Source: Macrostomum hystrix
Lineage: Eukaryota; Animalia; Platyhelminthes
Direction: 5' to 3'
Length of the DNA: 64,000 nt
NCBI GenBank assembly: GCA_950097015.1
Contig: CATNEN010000001.1
Span: 4,030,001-4,094,000 of the forward strand
Shown: one piece after another, positions 1 through 12,696 of the stretch
Layout of the letters: each line of letters starts with the position of its first letter
Numbering within the stretch: position 1 is the first letter of the stretch
Position numbers and translations under genes: made by a program
The notes under the pieces: generated by a model
Seen by the model: only the letters and a program-made list of their open reading frames with translations
The model's database searches: none
What the model was told of the DNA's origin: nothing

Positions 1-1309
1 TATCTGCATACCTGTACATCCGAGGTAAAAGCTAAGAGCGATGTCTCGTCGGTACATTTTCTGCCGACCACCTTGCAACACACGTCTCAGGATTTTCTGG
101 AACGGGGAAAACTAAAATTGGAATTTGACAGTATACAGTTTTTGCTTTCGGTTGAAATTTGATCCCTGGTCAACTATGAATTTCAGCTACATTTCAGCAA
201 GCCTTTAAGGGACAGATGCGATAGCCAGCTATTATATCAAGTCATTCTAAGAAGCTAATTGCATGCATGCATCTTAAGTGCATCTTAAACACAAAGCAAG
301 GTGCAATAGCTCAATAAATATGTTTGTTGTCGTGCAAAGCTAAAGCAATTTATAAATACTTAATGCATGCAGTGCATGTAATAAATAAACAAGTGTGAAA
401 TAAATAAAGACACGAAGGCATATATATCCAAAAATGCAGCTTATTAATTGCCGTTGGCGCTTATCTCGATCATATCGTTGGCGCTATAATATCTCATATC
501 ATAGCTATGACCAGAGCATGAAGCACGAAGTCATAGTTGACCAGAGCATGTTATGCTCTGAAAGGCGAAAAGGAGTTTTAAGGCGCAAATGTTATAACTT
601 AAAATACGTAATTGTTATTTGGCATGCAACGCAAATATCATTATTTATTAAAAATATGCAACTTTAATAAATGCTTTATCCAATGGCAACAAGGGCATGC
701 ATCCAACTCTAAGCGAATGCTTGAAGTTGGCTTATGGAATGAGCTGCATGGTTAAACACGAAGTGCGGCACGTACGACAAAAAGACTAACGTTATAGCAT
801 TTAATAACTGTCATATTAAAGGTGAGTGCATTTTATTGCTTTATTGTAATATTGTGTTAGCATTTGTTGTGTGAATTGCAGCATGTTAAACGACGTGTAG
901 CTAATGGCTAGAAAGAGATTTAGTTTTACCACCTAGCACCAATATGAAGCTTTTAAAGGAAAGTAAAACCTGCAAAACCGGGTATATCTTTTTTAGGATG
1001 TTTAAAAGCATATTTAAAGAATTGTTAAAAAACTATCAAGAATTGCGAATAACTATTGGTATAAAATAGCAAAAAGTGGTTTAACAAACCTTTTTACTTT
1101 TTTCCACCGGAAGGTAGGTGCCGGGGCGGGGTGAAGTTGGTAGATGCCCCGGCACCTACCTTCACCTTCCACGTGCCGCCCTGGCCCACCGTGTGTGGCT
1201 CTATAAGCCACGGTGAGCCAGGGCCCTGCTGCTGCGCCTGCGCCTGCTGCTGCGCCTGTGCCTGCTGCTGCTGGTGCTGCTGCTGCTTAATATCCATAAA
1301 TTTCTAGTT

Positions 1310-1418
1310 TCAAGTATCAAGTCGATCAAGTATCAAGTCGATCAAGTATAAAGTCGATTAAGTATCAAGCCGATCAAGTATCAAGTCGATCAAGTATCAA
1401 GTCGATCAAGTCGATCAA
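1310..1418. repeat. 16-bp tandem minisatellite (CAAGTATCAAGTCGAT)n
   Basis: About 6 near-identical copies read directly. Confidence 0.9.
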
Positions 1419-2239
1419 TTTGAAAGCTGAACAAACGAATTTATACCTGAAATTAAGTGGTTTTTATCAAATTCGTATCTTTTTAATCCAGATCGTATGA
1501 ACAGATCTATGTATGATTATCGATTTTTAAGAGCACTCAGCACTGAAATCTCAGGAATCAAATGAGAAGCAATCAAAAGAATCTCGAAGGAATTAAACAA
1601 ATAAAAGAAATTCAAAGACAGACGAAACAAGACTAGGTTTCGGCAAGAGTGTTCTATTAAATAAATTCAGCTGACTGGTGAGTTACTAGTTTTAATTGTA
1701 GCTCGAACATTTTTTATCAGACTAATTTAAATGGCTAATAGTAATAAGTTTTTCAGCTATTAAAATATTCAACATTATTGAACAGGTACTTATCACACTA
1801 GCTGGAATGGTGGCATTTTTGACTGGCTTAAGGCAGTACTACCTATAGCAACTGCTTTCCTTACATCAGTGCATCTGAGAACTGCTGGTCACATAGTAAG
1901 GGCTTGACTAATCATGATCCTTTTGTGAAATACTTAACACCTAACCCACAATTGATAGCTACTTTCAATTGTAACTCAAATTAATTTTGAGCCATTGGTT
2001 TAAATAATACATGTGTACAGGTTCAGTTTGTCTAAAAAGGTACTATGCATGTATTTTTTAACTTAAAAGCTTACTAAACATATATACTACCTCTGTATGT
2101 CAGACCCTAAAGTGTCATAAAAATTATAGCATTCACTAGCTATTGCTAGCTGTTGGTACTAGCTAGGGTTATTTGGTCTGCTGTATTCATGTGAGACAAT
2201 TTGTGTCCTTTAGCAAGACACTTAATTTACTCTGCATTG

Positions 2240-2400
2240 CTTTAGTTCACCCAGCTGTTAAATGGTACCAGCATTCGCTGGGATAATTGAAGGTGGGTGT
2301 GGTGTCCCCCCAGTCCATGGACTGTACAGCTGTACGCAGTCTTCAGATGAGCCGCGCAATAGCTCCGCTGTGCTGTCGGCTGCAAATCTAGCCAGTGACC
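2240..2400 (+). repeat. SINE-like dispersed repeat core
   Basis: Recurs inverted at ~2684-2865 and directly at ~3410-3570 (shared aaatgg(g)tacc / cagtccatggactg / aatagct..gctgtgct blocks). Confidence 0.6.
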
Positions 2401-2921
2401 CCAGTGTATACTTGAGTTATTTGGTCTGGTATTTAGCAGCTAGGGGTCGGCAATGAGCCAGTTGGCCACTTACAGAACCTAAAAGACGACGGCTGTATTA
2501 AATGTAGGAATCTGAGAAAGGGCAGGGATTAGACATAGGATAGATGAGGCAGGGGGGAATTAGGGTGGGGGTTTGATTCCTAACTCTACTGGTACAACTT
2601 ATGCCCTTTGGCAAGAGGCCTAACTTGCTTGCTTCAGTTCACCCTGTTATAAAATTAATAATAATCCATTAACTAATTACAACTGTCACTATGGGCCAGA
2701 TGTGTAGCCGACAGCACAGCTGCAACTATTGTGCGGCGCATCTGAAGACTGTGTACGGCTATGGACTACAGCCAGTACAGTCCATCGACTGGGGATGGCT
2801 ACACCCACTATAAGTTACCACAGCTAATACTGGTACCCATATAATAGCTAGCTGAACTGAAGCAATTCAGAGTTAATTGCCTATCTTAGAGACACAAATT
2901 TCAAATTGTTTCTTAAAGAAA

Positions 2922-2994
2922 CAGGAGTCAGGAATCGAACCATCAACCTTCAAGATGCGAGTCTGACGCTCTAACTGCTGGGCTACAACCCAGC
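2922..2994 (-). pseudogene. degenerate tRNA or tRNA-derived SINE head
   Basis: Reverse complement has A-box (TAGCCCAGCAGTTAGAGC) and B-box/T-loop (GGTTCGATTCC); the stems are imperfect. Confidence 0.55.
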
Positions 2995-2997
2995 TGT

Positions 2998-3391
2998 AAA
3001 ATAATAATAATAATGACACTAGACACAAGGGCCAGTGCAGGTGTTGTGTCAAGCACACTAGCAGGTGGGGACTGCACACCTAATGTACTCCCCGGCCCTC
3101 TCGGACACCGGTTGACAGCCGCGTGTCAGCAATGGAATTTATTTTTTCCAAACATATCGGCAGCATCCAAACCCACTGAATTGCCGCACAGAACTGCTTT
3201 ATTTCACGCCAGCCGGAATTATTATTCCCCGACGAAATATCGGTACTCATTTGCAGCTGAGTAGACTGTGTGCACATCAGGGCAAAGCAGCTTGCCAAAG
3301 GCTGCACGAATAGTTCTAGACTAGGTCGGGAGTTGAACCCAGGACCATCTGATCCAGAGTCCGACACCTTACAGACCGAGCTATCCGCCCC
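2998..3391 (-). mobile_element. tRNA-derived SINE with (TTA)n tail
   Basis: Minus-strand head GGGCGGATAGCTCGGTCTG...GGTTCAACTCCCGACC (A and B boxes) and a 3' (TTA)n tail at 2998-3013. Confidence 0.7.
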
Positions 3392-5821
3392 TCTGTTTAT
3401 CCAAGCTAGCTGTAAAATGGGTACCAATATTAGCTATTTGAACTTAAGGTGGGTCTGGCATCCCTCAGTCCATGGACTGAACAGCCATGTGCAGCCTTTA
3501 GATTCGAGCGTATGCTGCACAATAGCTGTGGCTGTGCTCTTGACCATACTGCACAATTGGCCGGATAGGTATAATAAATTATATTAATTACTTAGCCTAT
3601 ATATTATATATATGCTGTTATTTATTTTTCTGCTCTGTTTAATACATTTAAAACCAACAAGCTAACCAACAACTCTCTTAACCACCTTATCCTTTTCAAA
3701 CAGGTTAAGGAATGGCAAGATTCTCAATCTGCATGTACGAGAGCTTACTGGAACTTCTACTGTATCTGGTGCTTGGCCAACAAGAGCTAGCCTGAATGCT
3801 GCTGCCATCCAAGATTATGAAAGGCATGATTGACTATAGCTCACTGTTAACTGACAGATCTTTGCTTCTTAATGCCTAAGCATGACCAAAACTGCATGCC
3901 ACATACCTAAACCAGCTAATAAGTAATAAAACATTTTTCATGACAATTAGTTCTCATATCATAGCAATATACCAGTTTCTTTCTTTCACTGTTTCAATTA
4001 AATAGCCACTTGTGAAAGCCCAAGAATAAACAGAAGTTAGACTTGAAGTATCTAGAGCAGAAAATAGGAATTGTAACCTAGCTATATAGTATATAGGCAT
4101 TTAAGCCTCACTTGGTACAATTCATTATAATATGTTGCAAAAATATGTATTTTTTGCTAAATAAAAGTAAATATACACTGTGCGCTTTAAAATAACTCTC
4201 TTTTTGTAAAAAATATTCCTGTAGCTTCATAATATATCCTAACTAAGCTACACTGACATTGCTGATCAAATAGACTTTCACTTAATAATTAACTTATATA
4301 GATAAACCACAAGTGATGGCGAGTTTGATATCGGTGTTTATATTCACTTTGTCTTGTCTAATGAATTTCAGTGTCTTACTGTGAACAGTTTTTGAGAATT
4401 CGTTGATCGAATCGAGAATTCTCACGTACATAATAGCTAATTAATTGAGGATCCGGTCAGGTCAAAGTGAAAGTTTGCAGTGCATGCGCTTTCAAAAACT
4501 TTGCTCAGGCTGTGACGATTAAAACACAAAGGACGAAGTCGAAGTCAGAGCAGCGGCAATTGTAAGTTCGGCAATTCAGAGTCAGTAATGTCTGTGATGT
4601 AGCGGTAGCACTTTTATTCTGGGTGCACTGGGACGTCGACAAGCAGGGCGTTATGTAAGGCGTAGGAGCTCGTTAATGGTGATTGTTAGACACGAACAGA
4701 ACCGAATGTAGTGGAGTGTAGTGAGAGAATGGCACAGCACGAAACGTAGAAGGGCGAGAATGCGCGAGCGGAACGGAAAGAATGGCTAGACGGAAGGAAG
4801 GAAAGAACGCCGCACGAAAGGAAAGAAAGAATGTGAGAAAAGAATGAATGACGGCAGAACTAGGAATGACTGACTGAAAGTGCGAACGTGAAGCGCGAGC
4901 GGGCCTGAAGCCCTTGATTAAGTAAACTAGGCTGACTGAAAAACATAGCGATCGATACTTCCGGCCAGCCAGAGCTCGCACGCTCATTGGCCGGGGGAAA
5001 ATACATTAAGATACGCGTATGAAATAGCTAGAATGGCGCGATATGCGTTTATGGTTACTGACAGTAGCGCGCTAATAATTTGACTTAATAATATAAATTA
5101 ACAGAATTGGGTGATATTATACGATGAGTTAAAACGGCCCAAGCTAGTACATAATTAGGAAATTAAGCATGTAAGCAACGCATAGAGTAATATTGCAGGG
5201 GCGCCTTCAACAAGTGACAACGTCACAAGGCCATTATTTCGTTTTTAAGCTGCAATTTGAAACTAAAAAATTGATTCTGACTTCTTATTAAGTTTAGTGC
5301 AACTGGCTTCTTCTGAGACAAAACTTTTTATTGCCTGCGGTCAAATGCATGTGTTTGTTAAATTTTACATTCACGTCGCCTTTTTACGGACTCAAATCGG
5401 ACGGAAAACGGACCATCACAATTATGCGATTTCTACCTATTCTATATACTCCTAAATACATAGCTATTCGAGATGTAATGCAATTAAAGCAGTTGCCGCA
5501 GTATCAATCATTTTATACGGCTATTGAGCGGTTTACTGCAGACGGCCGGAATATGCATGGCCGACCAGAAGATCGAATTGTATACACGCTCAGAATATTT
5601 TGATGATTCCACTATATACTCGTAACATGTTTCACTGATGCACACAAATTTTATTTCCTAGCTCTCACTGATCAGTAAAACAGTAAGTATATGTATAGTA
5701 AATAATTTATATCTAAAAACTAAATATTACGATTATACAAACCAAACATTTAACTTGCTGCACTACTAACGTTTAAATACGAGTAGTATTTCAAGCATGT
5801 TAGGTTCTGTACAGTAGATCA

Positions 5822-6325
5822 AAAAATGACCTTTTGCGGACTGGAATCGGACTGTTGGAATTACACAATTTTTCATCTTTTAAATGCATAAGTAACGGAA
5901 AATAAAGCCTTTTATGACGTTTTCAGCAGCTAACTCAAGAATTTTTTTATGGAACATCGTCCTCCTCGTCGCCCTATTGAGGACTCAAAACGGACCGCGG
6001 ACGCGTCGGCCTTTTGCGGACTAATTTCGGACTGTACGAATTACAAATTTTTTCATCTTTTAAATGCATTTAGAACTGAAATCAATGCCTTTTAAGACGT
6101 TTTTAGCAGCAAACTCACGAGTAATTTTTTTTGGAACATCGTCCTTCTCGTCGGCCTTTTTCGGACTCAAATCGGACCATTTTGGAGCCGGTCGACGCGT
6201 CGGCCATTTTCGGACTAAAATCGGACTGTACGAAGTACACATTTTTTTCATCTTTTAAATGCATTTATAACTGAAATAAAGACCTCTTAAGACGTTTTCA
6301 GCAGCTAACTCGATTTTTTTTAGCT
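5822..6325. repeat. degenerate ~180-200-bp tandem repeat containing CGGACT(C)AAATCGGAC motifs
   Basis: Block 'ttttcatcttttaaatgcat...gacgttttcagcagctaactc' occurs 3 times; the motif also occurs at ~5388. Confidence 0.7.
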
Positions 6326-7366
6326 GAGCTGTCATAGGGTTAGATCGGACCGTAGGCGTCGAAAAGACGTCTTTTCGACGATGCTTTTTACACCGGGATG
6401 TATAATGTATAAGTTAGGGTATAATGCTTAAACGTTGTTGATAACAAAGCCATGTAAAACTCACATTACCAGTGTACACTAAACGTTGCACTATGCTGTG
6501 TACCTTGGTACAAAAAAGGTGAAGCAATGAGTATGCATCGAAAAAAAATTAACAAAAAATGTCCATTAGACAATTTTCACCAGAGAAAAGAATCCGACAA
6601 AATCCATAACCAATTTATTGTGCAGCAATAAAAGCATTCCACGTTATATTTTTGCAACTAGCTTGCTACATACAGTTTGCATATGTTGGACTATTTTTTT
6701 TATTTTCTGCCAACTCTGCTAGCTTCTACTCCTTAAAAGTTGTGAACATGGCTATAGTCAGAAACCTAAACTAAATTAGGGCAAGACAACTTACTGACCA
6801 GAGTTCTTGATTAGACTGGGAATATCTGGTGATACTTTTTGTAATTCTAATTATGTAAGATCATTACTGCACCTCGAAGGCAAAAAATACATAGTTTAGC
6901 TTTTAGCGCAGAAAATTGAAACCCAATAAAAGTTGCTTCTAATGAGACATTTTACAGAAAAAAGCGCATGACAAGTATACTGCAATGCCAGTACAAGTAT
7001 TTACAGGTACATGAGAATGACAAGTACACAACAGATGCTGCATTAATCAGAACGAGTTACCGTAAACGATCGCAGCTGAACATGAGAAAAGTTCGAATAA
7101 ACAACATTCAAACCAAAACAATACAAAAATACGAAGATACAAAAACCAAGAAGACAAAATAGTGCGGGTATGAATTTTTGCAGGGCAAGCTTGCACCAAA
7201 CGTATAGGAGCCACATACTCGGAAGTATAATTCTAAGTTATAAAATCGTTAAGCAGGATGGGCAGTTATAAGTGACCGAATAGGAAAAGTAATTCACTAT
7301 GAAAAATTACAAAGGGCAAAAATGTCAAATGAAACTTGCTGATTCAGGAACGCTTAGCAGAGCAGA

Positions 7367-7930
7367 TCAGCAAAGAAACAAACGGACTTCAGGGACTGGT
7401 ATTAGAGGGTATATTGCGCTTTGGCTGTCCGTAAGGATGGCGGCAGCGGGCGGAGCAGTGGCGGCGATGTCCTCCAGGGCCAGGTGGATAGCGGTCAGCT
7501 CCGCTTCAAAGGAACTGCACCATTTCCCAGCAGCCGCATGGTCCCGACGGATGATAGCGTTGGACGTCGGGTTCAGCAGGATCCAGGCGGCACCACCGTT
7601 CTCAACGCCGCCGGAGACCGAGCCGTCAGTGAAGTAGAGAAGAGCCGCTGGGCAGCGCAGGCAGACGGCGCGGTTCACGGCGTCAATGGCATCTTCACGG
7701 GTGCCAGGAATCGAGGAGAAAAACTCGATCCCCGAGTCGAGAAGCGACTCCCAGGGTGGGAGGTGGGCCCCATGAAAGGGGCGTCTCGGAGCCGGTGTGA
7801 TGTTATTACAGATGGCGCGGGCCTGTTCGCGAAGGCCTTTGTTAGCAGCAAGTCGAACATCGAGGTGGCGCTCGCAGACCGCGCGGAACGGGTCTTCGGC
7901 GGGGTCTTCGGTGACTGCATCCACCTCAAC
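7367..7930 (-). pseudogene. non-LTR retrotransposon RNase H fragment
   Basis: YFTDGS...GGAAW, SSFEAELTAI.LAL and ILTDSQSAI motifs typical of LINE-encoded RNase H; truncated. Confidence 0.8.
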
Positions 7931-7934
7931 ACAA

Positions 7935-9221
7935 TATCCTGTTGACCTGCCGAGCATCGCTGATGCTCAGCGATCAGAAACATTCTCCAAAGCGCCTAAC
8001 ATTCAGCCGTACTCCATGGGCAAGGATGTAGTGGTTTGGTGTGAGACATCGACCCCATACCCTAGACCAATCATTCCACTGTCCCTCCGTGACGGAGTTA
8101 TTGCTTCCTTCCATCGACTTGGTCACTTCGGATACCGCAAGACTGCTAAGCTCATCAGTGACCGTTACTACTGGCCCGGAATGCGCGATTCAATCAAGGA
8201 ATACTGCTGGAATTGTCAGGACTGTCAACGAAGTAAAACAACTCGTCATACCGTTTCCCCACAGCAGGCTTTTGCTCTTCCGTCGAATCGCTTTGAGGCG
8301 GTTCACATCGACCTTGTGGGACCTCTTCCGGCGCCTACTGCGATTACTTTTGGCCACCCATCTGCCCGTTACCTTCTCACGATGGTCGACCGCTCGACTG
8401 GTTGGCTTGAAGCCACACCACTAGACTCCATCACCGCAGAAGTAGTCGCTAATGCATTCATCTCGTCCTGGATCTCACGTTTTGGTGTGCCACTGTACGT
8501 CATCACGGATCGCGGCCGCCAGTTCGAGTCAGAATTTTTTCACTTGGTCTCGTCGTCAATTGGTTTTCATCGGCTGCGCACTACAGCGTACCACCCACAA
8601 ACCAATGGCAAGATCGAGCGAGCCCATCGAACTCTAAAGGCGATTCTACGCTCCAGAGGCCAAGACTGGTTGACTGACTTACCTGTGGCTCTGCTCGCGA
8701 TGCACGTCGCGCCGGACGAGCAGGGAATTTCACCGTTCACCAGGGTCACCGGCGAGCTCCCGATGGTTCCGCGAATACTCACTGCAGAACCACTCGCCCC
8801 TACTGACATCCGGACTCGGCTGCACGATATGCTGACTGAGACGCCTACTCCACATGCATCGGCTCGCACACCTCGGAGTTACAAACCCAAGGATCTGACC
8901 ACGGCTGACTTTGTCTGGGTTCGAATAGATCGTGTGCGTTCTCCACTTGAAGCCCCGTACTCAGGGCCGTACCGGGTGCAGCAACGCTTCGCCAAGTTCT
9001 TCATAGTCACCCTACCATCGGGCGAAACCGAGTCCATTTCTATCGATCGGCTCAAGCCACCACGTTTCTCTCTCCCGAAACCTGCCATTCAGCCCACCGG
9101 GAGCCCTCCGCAAAACACAACCGCCAAACCAGTGGAGCCGGTTGAACCTCCGCCTCCACAGGTGACCTCCCGCGGGCGCCGCGTCCGGTTTCGCCAACAA
9201 GATGACTATATTTACTATTGA
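7935..9221 (+). CDS. Ty3/Gypsy integrase (3' fragment of pol)
   Basis: H..GH...C..C zinc motif, HIDLVGPLP, ITDRGRQFES, TTAYHPQTNGKIER.HR and GPY/F domain (PYSGPY). Confidence 0.92.
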   Translation, partial: YPVDLPSIADAQRSETFSKAPNIQPYSMGKDVVVWCETSTPYPRPIIPLSLRDGVIASFHRLGHFGYRKTAKLISDRYYWPGMRDSIKEYCWNCQDCQRSKTTRHTVSPQQAFALPSNRFEAVHIDLVGPLPAPTAITFGHPSARYLLTMVDRSTGWLEATPLDSITAEVVANAFISSWISRFGVPLYVITDRGRQFESEFFHLVSSSIGFHRLRTTAYHPQTNGKIERAHRTLKAILRSRGQDWLTDLPVALLAMHVAPDEQGISPFTRVTGELPMVPRILTAEPLAPTDIRTRLHDMLTETPTPHASARTPRSYKPKDLTTADFVWVRIDRVRSPLEAPYSGPYRVQQRFAKFFIVTLPSGETESISIDRLKPPRFSLPKPAIQPTGSPPQNTTAKPVEPVEPPPPQVTSRGRRVRFRQQDDYIYY

Positions 9222-9339
9222 CATCCATGCGATTCTGTTCGAACTCGTAATCAACACAGTTAACTTCCACTTCTGATTCTTAACCTTTTATTAGCCCAAT
9301 TCGATTTTGTTCATCACTTTTCATTTGCGCTCCACTATT

Positions 9340-9537
9340 TGGAGGGGGAGCCGTATGAGATCAATTCTTCGTACTTTAATGTGACCCCAGTTGGATTGTT
9401 ACTGCCATAAACTAATTTACCGTTACAGTTCTTGCCTCGAAGATTCTCAAGTGCCCCACGCAGACCCATGCTTTCTTTTCACCCTCGAGAAATAAAGCGA
9501 CTAAGAAAGGAACTGACTTAATCATAGTTCGCTACAG
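9340..9537 (+). mobile_element. polypurine tract and putative short 3' LTR of the Gypsy fragment
   Basis: GGAGGGGGAG directly after the integrase 3' UTR; AATAAA at ~9491; ends ...GCTACA. No partner LTR is visible. Confidence 0.5.
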
Positions 9538-12224
9538 CACTATACCGTAATCACTAGGGGCGCCACCATTCTATACTCATGCACCAATCTATTTATAGTA
9601 TCCGTACGTACGTACGCACTAGGATTCTTCTCTAGCGGAATTCTTCTTAGGGTTCTGTACCGTATTTTGTAGTTAATTTATCCCCTCGATTCTCGAGACA
9701 CCGCTACTACTGTCAGTAGGCACGTAAGTGTCTTACGTGAAAGTGAGCGAAGGTGGAGTGATGTGGAGTGTGCTGCGGGAATCGAGTGGGAATGTGAGCC
9801 AGCAGAATTTTTCATTTTTAGGCAATAATAATCGCGACCCACATAGCAGCTGGCCGCAAAACAAGATCATTAATCTTAGGGCCGGGTTTGGGGCGGCGGT
9901 GAATTGAGTAGCCACCGAATCCCTTCTCCCTGGATCTGTCTAGACCCTCATAGGAATGACTGATCGCGGGCCATAACTCTACTATATGAGCTAGTCTAGG
10001 TCATAATTCTCCTCCAAACCGCGATCAGATATTGGGAATCACTCGGGCATTATGAGTGATCATTAATTCTTCATGTCCCCACTTCTTTACAGTATTCGAG
10101 CCTAGCTCGACTTTATGACCTTCCTCCTTTTAGATACATGTAAATGTCACTGTAGGCAGGTCGGCGCCTGCGCTTCCCATTGTCCTGGCGGAGTAACAAT
10201 TGCTGGCCGACTGCCGGCGGCTGTTCGCGCAGAACATCTGTCGTTTCCCGCCGCCGGTTCATTGGGTGATCAGGGCGGCCTATCGCTGCCCCGATCCCTC
10301 GTTGACAGGCTGGCGCGAATGTGGGCTGCTTTTGATGGATGTCGAGGTTGGCGTGCTGCAGGACTATTTAAGCAAGCGCGCTGCGCTGCTCCCTCTAGAA
10401 CCGTTACCGTCCGGACCTTTTCCTTCGGGAAACTCACCTTCCCACCGGACCCAGGAGTTACTCCGGACCCAATTCCCCCACATAGGGTTTAGACCCTAGA
10501 GCTATCCGCTCAGCTAAGCGTCCACAGGCACATCGCCTGATCCAATCCTTTAACAGTTCAAGCCACCTCTTTAGGTGAGCTCTCAAATTGAGCCTTAGCG
10601 CTCCACTAGTGTGTTGGCCCCTGCCAGCTCATCCTTTCTCTGCCTCTGCTATTTTGCCCTGCCCTTCCTCGAGAACGACAGGCCTGCGGCACGCAACCGG
10701 CACACTGATAAGTAACCCGCGCAGCGGTTTTCTAATTGCTATTCCTAAGGGACTGTTCTCTAACTAGGCGGCACTTTAGTGGGAAAGGGCACTAGTACTT
10801 TTGGCTTAATAAACATTACAACTCTAGCCAATCATTTCACAGTAGGCAAACTTTAATCACAATTTAAACCTTTTCATTCTGTGTCCGCCTCCATGTTCAT
10901 TTTATCTAGTAGACAGCCCTCAGCTATGAGTGGCTAATCTCCTAGGGGGTGGGCTCTGGTGATGCCGAGCTGAAGGCTGCTGCAGGAAGGCTTTGCAGGC
11001 TTTGAAGGATTTGCAGGCAAGATGCGCAGTGTAGGACGTGCATTTCTTCCCAGGGGGTTGGGGGAATCCTTGGCCGGCTTTCCTTCTCCCTCTTGCGCGG
11101 GCTCAAGGTGTACGTGTCGAACTCCCTTTCCAATGGAGTTTTCCCCTATCCCCCTTTCGCAACTGCGGCCACGGGAGCGAGAGTGATGATCTAATAATCT
11201 TACGCTTGCATAATCACTCAGCCAGTGTTCTGTTTAATCTCTCCAGCCTCTGACTTCCTCAACTCACACAGATTCGGTTTGCCAGTTACTTAATGTGTAG
11301 GCTGCAGTCTAATGGAAAGAATGTGTCTGATGTTTTATGAGTAGGATTCTTGCTATGGCTTTTCATTCGAGTTCTTAGTACCACCTTCCTAGACCCCTGT
11401 AGCGCGAATTCAGGAATCCCCTTTTGAGGCGTGTCTCGATCCATTCTGGGGCTCTCACCCCAGTCTAAAACGGAAGTTGCAGAATGCCCTATTTTTCGGC
11501 TTGTCTAGATCTGCGTGACAAACTAGGAGCTGTGTACTCCGGGGACCCAAGTTCCCAAATGCCTGCGGTGGCAACGTAGGCGCATTGGGTGGTGGCGCTA
11601 CCCTCGATCAACTATCCGCTTTGCCAATAGCCTTTCCGCAGTTCTGTGGCAAGAGCCTAGACCAGTTCGACCACCGCTACCAAAGCTAGGAGTCAGTGGC
11701 GCACCGCACTACTGACGACAGTAGGCTACCTAGCCCTGTCTTGTCCGGTTCCGGGCAATCCGATGCTCCCTTAGACTTTTCGCCGGTTTCGAGCATAGCT
11801 TGGGGTAGGCACGGCAGTCATGCCTGTGGCCTATGGGACGAGTGGGACTGGCCAGCCTGAGGCCAATAGGACCACTCCCTGCATCCATTGTACCTCCTCA
11901 TCCCTCCCTTCATCCCTCCCTTCATCTCATCCCTCTTCTTGCGACAACTCGCGAGCAGCTACGCGATCGACCTCCGACTCTATCGCCGTCCTCCACACTC
12001 CTATCTTTCACGAGGGCGGTCATTGGCTTGCAAAAGACCCAACCATTTCAGCGGCTCGAGTGCCTGAATATAAGCCTGTATGTTTACACACTACGGCACC
12101 CACCCCACTCCATGAACCCACCCCACTCTGAGGGTATATAAGGGGAGTGCTTTAACTGATGCTGGCTGAGTGATGACGGTAGTGAAAGAAAAGAAAAATC
12201 ATCTCTGACTTTTGAATCTCTGCG

Positions 12225-12696
12225 ATGGATCTCTGCGACGGCTTCAAGGTTCAAGTGCAATAATACGAAGGTCATAGATTCACTGCGATATGGTGCTTCT
12301 ACACTGCCGAGGGCGAGCTGAAGCCGGGCATCCCGGGCTTCAATCTGAACCCACATTAGTGGGAAAAGCTGAAGCAACTGAGGCGTCAATTGGTGCACTC
12401 TGCAGTCAACCGGCACAATGTCACCGCCAAGCTGGGCTCTGCTCATCGCCCAGTCGGACAATGCAACTGCGGAGCTGCCTTTGCCGGTCGCATCATCGAC
12501 ACCACCGTCATTCGGTCGCATCCCGCAGCAGGATAGCAACTTGGCCCTGGATCCACTGTGGTACCAGACTCGTGCAGCTACAGGGCTGAGCGGCAGCAGC
12601 AGTCGCAAGCGCAAGCTGCCATGGCCTCTGCGCAGGATGGATCCGATAAAGTTTCCAAAGCTGACCGAAGATGATGACGAAAATGATATTGAGTGA
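12225..12696 (+). pseudogene. PC4/p15-like ssDNA-binding coactivator pseudogene
   Basis: MDLCDGFKVQVQ*YEG...GELKPGIPGFNLNPH*WEKLKQL with stops; C-terminus PQQD..L..DP.WYQ...RKRK...RR.D..K.PKL matches the ORF at 21333. TATATAA upstream at ~12134. Confidence 0.8.

Noticed and set aside
1094-1297. polyQ protein gene
   Set aside because: Short ORF generated by a CAG-type microsatellite, with no other support.
2922-3391. functional tRNA genes
   Set aside because: Acceptor and anticodon stems are imperfect, and one continues into a SINE body with a (TTA)n tail.
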